Shown here: one piece after another, positions 20,021 to 28,967 of the stretch
Layout of the letters: each line of letters begins with the position of its first letter
Position numbering within the stretch: position 1 is the stretch's first letter
Assembly (NCBI GenBank): GCA_037444405.1
Contig: JBBIML010000017.1
Coordinates: forward strand, 1 to 64,000
Reading direction: 5' to 3'
DNA length: 64,000 nt
From: Armatimonadota bacterium
GTDB lineage: Bacteria; Armatimonadota; Fimbriimonadia; Fimbriimonadales; GBS-DC
Notes under the pieces: generated by a model
What the model was told of the DNA's origin: nothing
Databases searched by the model: none
What the model saw: the letters and a program-made list of their open reading frames with translations, nothing else
Program-made: the position numbers and the translations under genes

Positions 20021-21721
20021 TTAGCCACCCGCACCAAAGTTGAACAACACTATCAACAAATCAGCGTCGTCCACTGTGCCGTCGTTGTTCAAATCAGCAG
20101 GCAGACTGGAGCCGCTTTGCCCAAACGCAAACAGCACCAGCAGCAAATCGGCATCATCAATTACATCATCCCCGTTCACATCCCCATTCACACCAAACTC
20201 CAGCTCCCGATACGCAAAACCCTGTGATGGAATGGAGACATTCGGGATACTGACCGAAATGTAACTGCCCGCCTTCGCCCGAAGTGTATAAGTGCCCGGA
20301 GTATTGACGCGCTCCGAGAAGCGTCCGTAGGCGTCCAGTGCGGTTGTGATGGTCTGAACCGTGTTGCCGCCACTGCGCAACTCCAGCCGAAGCGGCACCC
20401 CCAGCGGCAAACCCTGCCGATCCGTCAGACGCACCACCCCGTTCACAATCGCAGGCGGGTTCACAGGACGAACCCGATAGATGCGATTGGCGAACAGCGA
20501 GCAGACATACAGATAGCCATCGGGACCGATTTTGAGGTCGGTCACCACGCCCCAGCTGCTGCCCCAGCGCGACAGGTTGCGCTCCATGTCGCTGTCCGCC
20601 ACCCGATCGGCAAGTGAGCCAGTCAGCACAAAGTCATCCCGCGCCGCGTTCAGCCGGAAAAAGTAGAGCAGCCCATTATTGGTCTCGCCGACCACTGCCT
20701 GATCGCGCGTGCCTTCCTCAAACCGTGCACTGCGCAAAAAGCAGATGGAAGTAACGCCAATCGGCGTCAGCCACGAAAAGATGGGGTCAGCATAATAGGC
20801 GTTCGGCAGCATCACCAGATCGTCCACATCAAAACTGGTGTTGTTGTTCTCGGTGTAGGTGGCGTTGCGCGAATCGGGTCCCATAATCTTCAGCCAGCCA
20901 CTGTTGAAGCCACGCCCAACCAGGTTGATCTCGTCATACACATTCGGACCGTTCTCCGTCAGCCACAGGTTGCCCGTGAGCGCGTCAAAGGTCAGTCCGA
21001 AGCTGTTGCGGATGCCATACGCCCACAGCCGGCGGATGCGCGGGTCGCTGTGGCTGATGAAGGGGTTATCGGCAGGGATGGAGCCGTCGGGGTTGAGGCG
21101 GAAGATGCCGCCCACGCCCGCGACGGCGGTGCTGCTGGTGTTCTGCTCGATGCGGGGGTTGGTGAAGCGCCCGCGATTGAGGTCGCCGGTGACGCCGTAC
21201 AGCTTGCCGTCAGGTCCAAACAAAATCACACCGCCGTCGTGATTGGGACCGTTCGCCTGGCTGTTATCGCGTGGGAAGGAAACAATCAGCACGGGGTTGG
21301 TCAGGGTGCTGCCGTTCCAGGTGTAGCGTTCCACGCGGTTATCCGTCCACGCGCTCTGGGTGTTGGTATCGCTGCCTGTGCTGGAGAGTGAGTAGTAGAG
21401 GTACACATAGCCGTTGGTGGCAAAGTCGGGATGGAGCGCGATGCCGAGCAGTCCCCGCTCGCTGTTGTAGTTGACGGGCAGGTCCAGCACGGTTGCCGTC
21501 ACCACACCGTTCTCCACCAGCTTGACGCGCCCTGTGGTGCGCTCAATCACGAAGAAACGATTCGGATTATCGGGGCTCAGAAACTCAATCGCTATCGGCT
21601 GGGTCAACCCTGTGCTGATCACGGTCTCAACGGTCAGCGAGGGATCGACCAGTGTTTGCGCCTGCAGAATCAGTGGCGCCAGCGCCGTCGCCATCACCAT
21701 TCCAAGCCGTGCCTGCCTCAT
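20021..21721 (-). CDS. PQQ-dependent sugar (glucose/sorbosone) dehydrogenase-like protein with C-terminal dockerin-like repeat
   Basis: ERGLLGIALHPDF, NHDGG..FGPDGKLY and AYGIRN motifs; twin DDADLL repeats; start at MRQARLG. Confidence 0.88.
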   Translation of the reverse strand: MRQARLGMVMATALAPLILQAQTLVDPSLTVETVISTGLTQPIAIEFLSPDNPNRFFVIERTTGRVKLVENGVVTATVLDLPVNYNSERGLLGIALHPDFATNGYVYLYYSLSSTGSDTNTQSAWTDNRVERYTWNGSTLTNPVLIVSFPRDNSQANGPNHDGGVILFGPDGKLYGVTGDLNRGRFTNPRIEQNTSSTAVAGVGGIFRLNPDGSIPADNPFISHSDPRIRRLWAYGIRNSFGLTFDALTGNLWLTENGPNVYDEINLVGRGFNSGWLKIMGPDSRNATYTENNNTSFDVDDLVMLPNAYYADPIFSWLTPIGVTSICFLRSARFEEGTRDQAVVGETNNGLLYFFRLNAARDDFVLTGSLADRVADSDMERNLSRWGSSWGVVTDLKIGPDGYLYVCSLFANRIYRVRPVNPPAIVNGVVRLTDRQGLPLGVPLRLELRSGGNTVQTITTALDAYGRFSERVNTPGTYTLRAKAGSYISVSIPNVSIPSQGFAYRELEFGVNGDVNGDDVIDDADLLLVLFAFGQSGSSLPADLNNDGTVDDADLLIVLFNFGAGG

Positions 21722-21752
21722 AGTTCCTATTATAGCCCAAAACAGGTTCTGT

Positions 21753-22172
21753 TCAGTCGGTTGGGGTGGGGCGCACGGCTTCCGCTTCGATTTCGATGCC
21801 GCCGCGCGGGTACTGGCGCACGATGACACGCACCCAGCGGGGCTGCAACACCGCATAGAGGTCGTCGGCGATTCGCGCCGCCAGCCCTTCAGCGTAGCCC
21901 GCCTCGTCCCGAAACGCCCACAGATAGAACTTGAGCGCCTTCGATTCGAGGCAGAGTTTGTCGGGCGCGTACTCGATGATCACCTCACCGAAGTCAGGCT
22001 GACCCGAACGCGGGCAGATGGAGGTGAACTCGCGGGCATGGAAGCGCACCTGCGAGACGCCGGGCGACGGGAACGCCTCCCGCCGCAGCACCTCCACCGC
22101 CTCCGCGACGCTTCGGGGACGCGGCATCGGACCCGAACGCGGCAACCAGAAGTCCTCCTGCAAAACGCTCAT
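21753..22172 (-). CDS. queF: PreQ0 (7-cyano-7-deazaguanine) reductase, type I
   Basis: EFTSICPRSGQPDFG, LESKALKFY and PRGGI motifs. Confidence 0.85.
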   Translation of the reverse strand: MSVLQEDFWLPRSGPMPRPRSVAEAVEVLRREAFPSPGVSQVRFHAREFTSICPRSGQPDFGEVIIEYAPDKLCLESKALKFYLWAFRDEAGYAEGLAARIADDLYAVLQPRWVRVIVRQYPRGGIEIEAEAVRPTPTD

Positions 22173-22223
22173 ATCGGTTTCGATTTTACCTCTGGGCTGT
22201 CGGATTGGGGTATAATCGCGCCG

Positions 22224-22769
22224 ATGGTGAAAACGCCTGAGCTGGAAATCCCGGCGGACTATCGTTGGCTCTATGAGCGCACCGATGACGGCATCGTGAA
22301 GTATCCCGACCCGATGCTGCGCAAGCGGTCGCGCCCCGTGTCGCGCATCACCTCCGACCTGCAGGCGTTGATCGAGCATATGCTGACCTCGATGCGGCGG
22401 GCGCAGGGCATCGGGCTGGCAGCGCCGCAGGTGGGCGTGCTCCTGCGCGTGATCGTGATCGAACCGCCCGAACAGCCCGCCCGCGTGATTATCAACCCGC
22501 AGATTCTGGAGCGCTCCGGCGAGCAGGTCGGTCTGGAAGGCTGCCTGAGCCTGCCCGGCTTATACGGCGATGTGAAACGCGCGCAAGCCATCGAACTGCG
22601 CGGGCTGAACCGACACGGCAAGCCTATCCGTCTGCGACTGGAAGGGCTGGAAGCCCGAATCGCCCAGCACGAGGTCGATCACCTCGAAGGCGTGCTGTTC
22701 ATCGACCGCGTAATCCCCGAAACATTGCACTGGAATGTGCCCGACGAGGGCGAGCAGGATGAACTCTGA
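22224..22769 (+). CDS. def: Peptide deformylase
   Basis: GIGLAAPQ, EGCLS and QHEVDH motifs. Confidence 0.97.
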   Translation: MVKTPELEIPADYRWLYERTDDGIVKYPDPMLRKRSRPVSRITSDLQALIEHMLTSMRRAQGIGLAAPQVGVLLRVIVIEPPEQPARVIINPQILERSGEQVGLEGCLSLPGLYGDVKRAQAIELRGLNRHGKPIRLRLEGLEARIAQHEVDHLEGVLFIDRVIPETLHWNVPDEGEQDEL

Positions 22770-23739
22770 AGCGAAGCCACGCATTCTCTTCTTCGGTTCA
22801 GGCGCGTTCGCTCTACCGGCTCTGGAGCGCCTGCACGAGGCGGGCTATCCCATCCTGGCAGTGGTCACCCAGCCGCCGAAGCCCGCCGGGCGCGGGATGC
22901 AGGTGAGCAAAACGCCCGTGCATACGCTCGCCGAATCGCTGAATCTGCCCGTGTGGACGCCAGAGCGGTGCCGCAACCCCGAATTTATCGAGCAGGTGCG
23001 CACGCTCAGTCCCGATTTGATTGTGCTGGCGGCTTATGGTCAGATTCTGCCCGCCGCGCTGTTGCAGATTGCGCCGCTGGGCAACTGGAACCTGCATCCC
23101 TCGCTGCTGCCGAAGTATCGGGGCGCGGCGCCCATCCAGCACGCCCTGCTCAACGGCGAAGCGGAGACGGGCGTGACGCTGATGGAGATGACGCCCGAAA
23201 TGGATGCAGGCGACATCTATCTGCAGGTGTCGGAGCCGATCCATCCCCCCGATGATGCTGGCTCGCTGGAGGCGCGGCTGGCGACCCGCGCGGGCGAACT
23301 GCTGCTGGAGGGTCTGCAACGGTTGCGCACGGGCACGCTCACCCGCACGCCACAGGATCATTCGCAGGCGACCTACGCACCGCTGATTCGCAAGGAGGAC
23401 ACCTTCATCCGCTGGGCGGAGCCAGCGGAGCGTTGCCACAATCGCGTGCGCGCCTTCTCGCCGAAGCCGGGCGCGCTCACACGCTGGCGGGGCAAACTGC
23501 TCAAGCTCTGGCGCACGCAACCGCTGCCCGCTCTGGAGTGCGGAGGCGTGGCTCCCACACCCCACAACGCCGCGCCAGGCACACTGCTCGCCGTTGAGCC
23601 TGACGCGCTCGTTGTTGCCTGCGGCACAGGCGCCCTGCGCATTCTGGAACTCCAGCCTGAAAATCGCGCCCGCATGAGCGCCCGCGACTTCATTAATGGC
23701 TACCGCCCTCAGGTCGGCGACACGCTGGAACAGGTATAA
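22759..23739 (+). CDS. fmt: Methionyl-tRNA formyltransferase
   Basis: NLHPSLLPKYRGAAP and MDAGD; follows def. Confidence 0.97.
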   Translation: MNSEAKPRILFFGSGAFALPALERLHEAGYPILAVVTQPPKPAGRGMQVSKTPVHTLAESLNLPVWTPERCRNPEFIEQVRTLSPDLIVLAAYGQILPAALLQIAPLGNWNLHPSLLPKYRGAAPIQHALLNGEAETGVTLMEMTPEMDAGDIYLQVSEPIHPPDDAGSLEARLATRAGELLLEGLQRLRTGTLTRTPQDHSQATYAPLIRKEDTFIRWAEPAERCHNRVRAFSPKPGALTRWRGKLLKLWRTQPLPALECGGVAPTPHNAAPGTLLAVEPDALVVACGTGALRILELQPENRARMSARDFINGYRPQVGDTLEQV

Positions 23740-23747
23740 CTTGCCTG

Positions 23748-25472
23748 ATGGACGGCATCGAGCGGCGGTTCTGGCGGTATGTGGCGCGGCAGTGGCAACC
23801 GCTGCTGATAGCCCTGCTCTGCTCGGTGGGCGTCACCGCCATCACCGGACTCACCGCCTACCTGCTGGAGCGGGTCATCCAGTCGATGGAGTTCCGCGAC
23901 CCGACCCAGCTGAATATCATCTCGCTGACGGTGGTGGGCATCTTCGCGCTCAAGTGGTTCTTCTCCTACGGGCAGGTCTATTACCTGGCGCTGGCAGCCC
24001 AGCGAATGATGGCGCGCCTGCGTCAGGATGTGTTCGCGCACCTGCAACGGCTGCCACTGAGCTTCTTCCAGGCGCGGCAGGTGGGCGCGTTGCAGTCGAT
24101 CCTGACGAACGATGTGCCGATCCTGCAGAGCGCGGTGCTGCTCGTGCGCGATGTACTGGATGCACCCCTGCGCATCGGCGCGTTTCTGGTCTATATCTTC
24201 TATCTGAACTGGAAGCTGGCGCTGCTGGCGTGCCTCTGTCTGCCCGCGATTGCCCTGCTGATTCAGCGGCTGGGGCGCCAGATGCACCGCATCACGCACC
24301 AGACCCAGGGTTCGCTCGCGGACATCAGCGCGCTGGTGCAGGAGGCGCTATCGGGCGTGCGCGTCATCAAAACCTTCGCGATGGAAGATCGCGAGATTGA
24401 GCGGTTCGCGCGGCGCAATCAGCAGGTGTTGCACTATTCGCTGAAGGGCGAGCGGCGGCGGGCGCGCCTGCGCCCCACCGTGGAGTTCATCGGTGCGGTC
24501 AGCATCGCGCTGGTGCTCTGGTTCGGCGGTCATCAGGTCGCGTCGGGACAGATGAGTACAGGGCAGCTGATGAGCTTCCTGTTCCTGCTCCATCAGATTG
24601 CGCAGGCGGCGAACGGCGTCGGCTCCATCCAGCTCACGCGCAAGCAGGTGCGGGCGGCTGCCGAGCGCATCTTCCGCGAGGTGCTGGATGTGGAGCCGGA
24701 GCTGTACGATGCGCCCGACGCCATCGAGCTGCCCTCGCTCAAGGGACGCATCGAGTTTCGCGAGGTCTCCTTCCGCTACCCGACGGGCGAGCAGGCGCTG
24801 CGCAGAGTCTCCTTCACCATAGAGCCGGGCGAGGTGGTCGCGCTGGTGGGGCACTCAGGCGCGGGCAAAAGCACGCTGGTGGATTTGCTGCTGCGCTTCC
24901 ACACGCCGCAGGAGGGTGTTATCACCATCGATGGCTACGATCTGCGCCGCGTGCGACTGGAGAGCCTGCGCCAGCAGATTGGGGTCGTGCCGCAGCAGAC
25001 GATGCTGTTCGTGGGCACGGTCGCCGAGAACATCGCCTACGGCAAGCCCGACGCGACCCTCGCGGAGATCGAAGCCGCCGCGCGTGCCGCCCACGCGCAC
25101 GAGTTCATCGAACGCCTGCCCGCCGGCTACAAAACGCTGATTGGCGATCGGGGCGTGCAGCTCTCGGGTGGGGAGAGCCAGCGCATCGCGATTGCCCGCG
25201 CCCTGCTGCGCAACCCGCGCATTCTGATTCTGGACGAAGCAACCGCCGCGTTAGACCCCCTCTCCGAGCAGATGATCCAGCGCGTGATTGAGGAGGGGCG
25301 TGGCGTGCGCACCACGCTGATTATCGCGCACCGCTGGACGACCGTGCGATGCGCCGACCGCATTCTGGTGTTGCATCGGGGCGAGCTGATGGAGCAGGGC
25401 ACGCACGCGGAGCTGCTCGCCCGCGACGGCTACTACGCCCGCCTCTATCGCGCCGCCCAGCTGGAAGAGTAA
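23748..25472 (+). CDS. ABC exporter, fused TMD-NBD (MsbA-like)
   Basis: TM domain; GHSGAGKS, LSGGESQR and LDEAT. Confidence 0.9.
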   Translation: MDGIERRFWRYVARQWQPLLIALLCSVGVTAITGLTAYLLERVIQSMEFRDPTQLNIISLTVVGIFALKWFFSYGQVYYLALAAQRMMARLRQDVFAHLQRLPLSFFQARQVGALQSILTNDVPILQSAVLLVRDVLDAPLRIGAFLVYIFYLNWKLALLACLCLPAIALLIQRLGRQMHRITHQTQGSLADISALVQEALSGVRVIKTFAMEDREIERFARRNQQVLHYSLKGERRRARLRPTVEFIGAVSIALVLWFGGHQVASGQMSTGQLMSFLFLLHQIAQAANGVGSIQLTRKQVRAAAERIFREVLDVEPELYDAPDAIELPSLKGRIEFREVSFRYPTGEQALRRVSFTIEPGEVVALVGHSGAGKSTLVDLLLRFHTPQEGVITIDGYDLRRVRLESLRQQIGVVPQQTMLFVGTVAENIAYGKPDATLAEIEAAARAAHAHEFIERLPAGYKTLIGDRGVQLSGGESQRIAIARALLRNPRILILDEATAALDPLSEQMIQRVIEEGRGVRTTLIIAHRWTTVRCADRILVLHRGELMEQGTHAELLARDGYYARLYRAAQLEE

Positions 25473-25505
25473 CGGATGAGGTAGACTCCAGCGGGGTGAC
25501 GGGTG

Positions 25506-26480
25506 ATGGCGCAATATGTGCCTGGCGCGGTTCGCGCTTATGAGGCAGGCTGGTTCAAAGAGCGTGTGGAGGCGGCGCGAGAGCTGCTGAACGCACCCTG
25601 CCGCGTGTGTCCCCGCTACTGCAAAGTGAACCGCCTGCAGGACGAGCGTGGCGCATGCCTGATCGGGCGCTACGCGGTGGTCGCCAGCGCGTTCCCCCAC
25701 TTCGGCGAGGAAGATGTGCTGCGCGGCTGGATGGGGTCGGGCACTATCTTCATGAGCGGGTGCAACCTGCGCTGCATCTTCTGCCAGAACTACGACATCT
25801 CACAGGTGGTGCGCGGCACGCGCGTTACGCCCGAACAGCTCGCCGCGCTGATGCTCCGCCTGCAGGAACTGGGCTGCCATAACATCAACATCGTCACGCC
25901 CGAACATGCGGTGCCGCAGGTCATCGAAGCGCTCTACCTGGCAGTTCAGCGCGGACTGCGCCTGCCACTGGTCTACAACACCAGCGCGTACGATTCGCGC
26001 GAATCGCTGCAGGTGCTGGACGGGCTGGTGGACATCTATATGCCCGACTTCAAGGTGTGGACGCCGGAGAGCGCGCGACGCTACCTCAAATCCAAAGAGG
26101 ATTACGCCACCGTCGCCCGCGAATCGATTCAGGAGATGCATCGTCAGGTGGGCGACCTGCAGGTGGATGAGCTGGGGCTGGCGTATCGCGGCTTGCTAAT
26201 ACGCCACCTCGTGATGCCGGGGCTGGTGGCGGAAACCCGAGCCATCCTGAAATGGATTGCCGACACGCTGGGCGCCAACACCTATGTGAACCTGATGGCG
26301 CAATACTATCCCGCGAACAAAGTGGGGAGCGACTACCCTGAGATTAACCGCTCGGTCTATCGCGAAGAGTATCTGGAGGCGCTGGAATATGCGCAATCGC
26401 TCGGCTTGCGGCTGGATCAGCGCAGTGTTCGCGAGGGGCTGCTATTACCGTTGAGAGCCAGAGCGCTCCCGCTCAAATAA
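25506..26480 (+). CDS. Radical SAM protein, PflX-like
   Basis: CRVCPRYC, CNLRCIFCQN, DIYMPDFK and RHLVMP motifs. Confidence 0.88.
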   Translation: MAQYVPGAVRAYEAGWFKERVEAARELLNAPCRVCPRYCKVNRLQDERGACLIGRYAVVASAFPHFGEEDVLRGWMGSGTIFMSGCNLRCIFCQNYDISQVVRGTRVTPEQLAALMLRLQELGCHNINIVTPEHAVPQVIEALYLAVQRGLRLPLVYNTSAYDSRESLQVLDGLVDIYMPDFKVWTPESARRYLKSKEDYATVARESIQEMHRQVGDLQVDELGLAYRGLLIRHLVMPGLVAETRAILKWIADTLGANTYVNLMAQYYPANKVGSDYPEINRSVYREEYLEALEYAQSLGLRLDQRSVREGLLLPLRARALPLK

Positions 26481-26521
26481 AAAGGGAGCGACAGGCAAAG
26501 GAGAGCAAAACCTGCCGCTCC
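26474..26521 (-). terminator. Minus-strand intrinsic terminator
   Basis: Minus strand GGAGCGGCAGG...CCTGTCGCTCC then CTTTTTATTT; one pair is G-U on the minus strand but A-C on the plus strand. Confidence 0.65.
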
Positions 26522-26609
26522 AAAGAGAGGTGTGTAGTTGCTTGCCACCTTTTAAGACGGATAACGCCGCCAAAAAGTTCCCGCGCCCAGCCCTTTTCCA
26601 CCCCTGAAA

Positions 26610-26645
26610 GTTTCAATCCCCTGTGCAGGGGCGGTCCTTCGGGAC
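26610..26645 (-). CRISPR. Solitary CRISPR-like repeat (no array, no cas genes in window)
   Basis: Minus strand GTCCCGAAGGACCGCCCCTGCACAGGGGATTGAAAC: 36 nt, CCCCT/AGGGG hairpin, 3' ATTGAAAC handle. Confidence 0.65.
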
Positions 26646-26658
26646 CCCCTACGCGCCT

Positions 26659-26664
26659 ATTATA
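26659..26664 (-). promoter_or_regulatory. -10 box upstream of the solitary repeat
   Basis: TATAAT on the minus strand, 13 nt before the repeat. Confidence 0.6.
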
Positions 26665-26716
26665 CCCCTTTCTGAACCCGAAAATCGAGTGCCGATTCCG
26701 AACCTCATGGAACCTC

Positions 26717-26732
26717 TGGCACACAAATTGCT
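26717..26732 (+). promoter_or_regulatory. Sigma-54 (-24/-12) promoter
   Basis: TGGCAC-ACAAA-TTGCT. Confidence 0.75.
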
Positions 26733-26786
26733 TCCAATAGAGGCAGCGGGCAACGCGCCCACAACACCAGCGCAAATGAGGTCCAT

Positions 26787-26873
26787 GAGCAGGACCGGGT
26801 TCCGGAGCCTACCAGCATGCTGGTGCTGGCGACGGGGCTGGGTGGTCTGCTCCTGCGTCGCCGCAAGCAGTGA
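26787..26873 (+). pseudogene. PEP-CTERM gene remnant (sorting tail only)
   Basis: Translates EQDRVPEPTSMLVLATGLGGLLLRRRKQ*, similar to the tail of the gene at 151-807; no in-frame start between promoter and motif. Confidence 0.85.
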
Positions 26874-26882
26874 ACCCTCAAG

Positions 26883-26905
26883 AAGGTGGGGTTCAGCCCC
26901 GCCTT
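26883..26905. terminator. Hairpin between PEP-CTERM remnant and convergent protease gene
   Basis: AAGGTGGGG-TTCAG-CCCCGCCTT. Confidence 0.6.
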
Positions 26906-26909
26906 GTGT

Positions 26910-28853
26910 TTACAGCTCGTAGTTGAGCGCGACCAGATTGAACTCCAGTTGCTGTCGCCCGCGCTGGACGGTGAGTTTCAGCGGACGCCCCGGTTTCGTG
27001 TTGAGCAGACGATCGACCAGTTGCTTCTCGCTCCAGTTCGCGGGCGACTGCCCGTCGATTTTCAGGATGCGGTCGCCCGCCCTGACCCCTGCCAGATCGG
27101 CGTCGGAGAGGGGCATCACCCAGCGAATGATGAGGTCCTTGCCCTGTCGCCGCCACTGGATGCCGTAGCCCGCGTTATCGGCGGCGCGCTCGCGCTCCGT
27201 GTGTGGCTGCCACACCATCTGCTCCCGGAAATAGTTGAAAGTTATCTTGTAATGGCGCATTACTGGGATGCCCAGCAGCCCGTGCTTGCCCTTGCGCATC
27301 AGCGCAGAATCGGACGCGACCGTGCTGGCAGGCTTCTGGAAGGCGAACACGGGACCAAAACGCAACTCGCCCAGCGTCATCTTATGCAGGCGCATCACGC
27401 GCATATCGCCCGTCATGAACTCGTACTCGTCGCCCTCAAAGAACTCGCCCATTCGCTTGTACCAGTCGGCTAACTTCATCCACACGCAGGACGATTTGTC
27501 GGGTTCAAACGAGGGCGGCATCAGGTTCATCGCCGCGCCCGTGTCCACAATCATCCGAATCTGCTGCTTCTCGCCCACTCCCATCGTCACCAGAATGTGG
27601 TCGCCAAACATCTCGAAGGGGATGGCTACTCCTTTGGGCATCTCGGCGTCAGGCGGCTCGAAGGTCATCGTGCGCGTGGTGAAGTCGATGGTAATCTGGA
27701 AGGCGGAGATAATCTCGCGTCCGAGCAGTCCAATCACCTTGCGCCCGTCCACCTCATCACTGCCCAGCGGGGTGTAGTCCAGCGGACCGACGGAGAAGAT
27801 TACATCCTTGATTTCGGCGTCGCCAATCTTGACGCTTTTCGCCTTCGCGCCGTAGGCAGGCACCAGCCCGTAGACCAGCGCCAGCACATGGTCAGTTTTG
27901 GGGATGCGTTCCAGCCCCGCCTCCTTCGCGATTTTGGTATCGATCCATGAGCGCGACGCCCCCGTGTCAAAAATAATCAGATAGGGTCCCTTATCGTTGA
28001 TTTTGACCTCCACATAGAGCGAGAATCGCACCATCCGGAAGGGCACTTTAGCGGGCAGCTTCTCGCGCACAATCGGCGGTGGCTCGCATGGCGGGCGCTC
28101 AAACAGCGAATCGGGCACCTCCTTCGTGTCCAGACTGGTAAAGAACTGGTTGCGCACCTGCGTGCCGTTCAGGAACAGGCGCGTCTCGAACGGCACCAGC
28201 ACCTCGCCGGCAGGTGTCGGCACCTGCCGATAGTTGTGGTACGCCTCGAACACGCGCGACAGCTCGTCGGTCTCATAATCGACGCTCTCGTACTCCAGCC
28301 CGATGACTTGATCCTTCTCGTTGAGGTAGCAGTGAACCTTGCGGTCGGGCTTTTTGGGCAGGTTGTTGTGATGCGGCAACAGGGGCAGCTGGAAGGTGAC
28401 GCGGTAGCCCGTGCGTCCATCGGGCAGCTTGCTCTCGCCTCCGTCGATGAGCGTGGCGTCTTTATAGAGCAGGGGCAGCGCCATAAAGTCGTGGTAGCGG
28501 TCGTCGAGCAGGCTCTGCACCTCTTCCTGCGCGATGCGGGCGACCAGATAGCCCTGCTTGCGCCAGCCTTTCGTGCCGTCGAAGCCGATGATTTCAGTTT
28601 CGCCGCCGCGCTCGATCTCGGTGCGAATCTTTTCGCCTTTGCGGTAGGTGGTGATTTTCACATCGCTTTTGCCGCCGCGCTCGCTGGTGACCTCCACATT
28701 CAGGCGCACGCCTTTCGTGGCAAGCTGGGCGAACGCCTCGCCGCCATGCACCTGCAGGGCATGTTCGAAACGGGCACGGGCGGTGGTAAGGTCCGCCTGG
28801 GCGAGGTAGCCCAGAAGCCATCCCCACACAATCCCGACAGCAACCCAGCGCAT
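26910..28853 (-). CDS. Secreted double retropepsin-like aspartyl protease with C-terminal PDZ
   Basis: IFDTGAS and IVDTGAA, GLLG motifs, PDZ (AGVRAGDRILKIDG), signal peptide. Confidence 0.85.
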   Translation of the reverse strand: MRWVAVGIVWGWLLGYLAQADLTTARARFEHALQVHGGEAFAQLATKGVRLNVEVTSERGGKSDVKITTYRKGEKIRTEIERGGETEIIGFDGTKGWRKQGYLVARIAQEEVQSLLDDRYHDFMALPLLYKDATLIDGGESKLPDGRTGYRVTFQLPLLPHHNNLPKKPDRKVHCYLNEKDQVIGLEYESVDYETDELSRVFEAYHNYRQVPTPAGEVLVPFETRLFLNGTQVRNQFFTSLDTKEVPDSLFERPPCEPPPIVREKLPAKVPFRMVRFSLYVEVKINDKGPYLIIFDTGASRSWIDTKIAKEAGLERIPKTDHVLALVYGLVPAYGAKAKSVKIGDAEIKDVIFSVGPLDYTPLGSDEVDGRKVIGLLGREIISAFQITIDFTTRTMTFEPPDAEMPKGVAIPFEMFGDHILVTMGVGEKQQIRMIVDTGAAMNLMPPSFEPDKSSCVWMKLADWYKRMGEFFEGDEYEFMTGDMRVMRLHKMTLGELRFGPVFAFQKPASTVASDSALMRKGKHGLLGIPVMRHYKITFNYFREQMVWQPHTERERAADNAGYGIQWRRQGKDLIIRWVMPLSDADLAGVRAGDRILKIDGQSPANWSEKQLVDRLLNTKPGRPLKLTVQRGRQQLEFNLVALNYEL

Positions 28854-28967
28854 CTTCACAACCTCCGGGCATGATAGTACCTCGCCAGCGCGGGTGAATC
28901 CTGCCTGTTGATCTGCGACCTGTACGGGATAGCAGGCAAATCGCCTCGCGCCCCGAATCAACTCCGT

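Noticed and set aside
26537..26572. Second CRISPR repeat at a 73-bp period
   Set aside because: Only 14/36 identity, not enough to call a two-repeat array.
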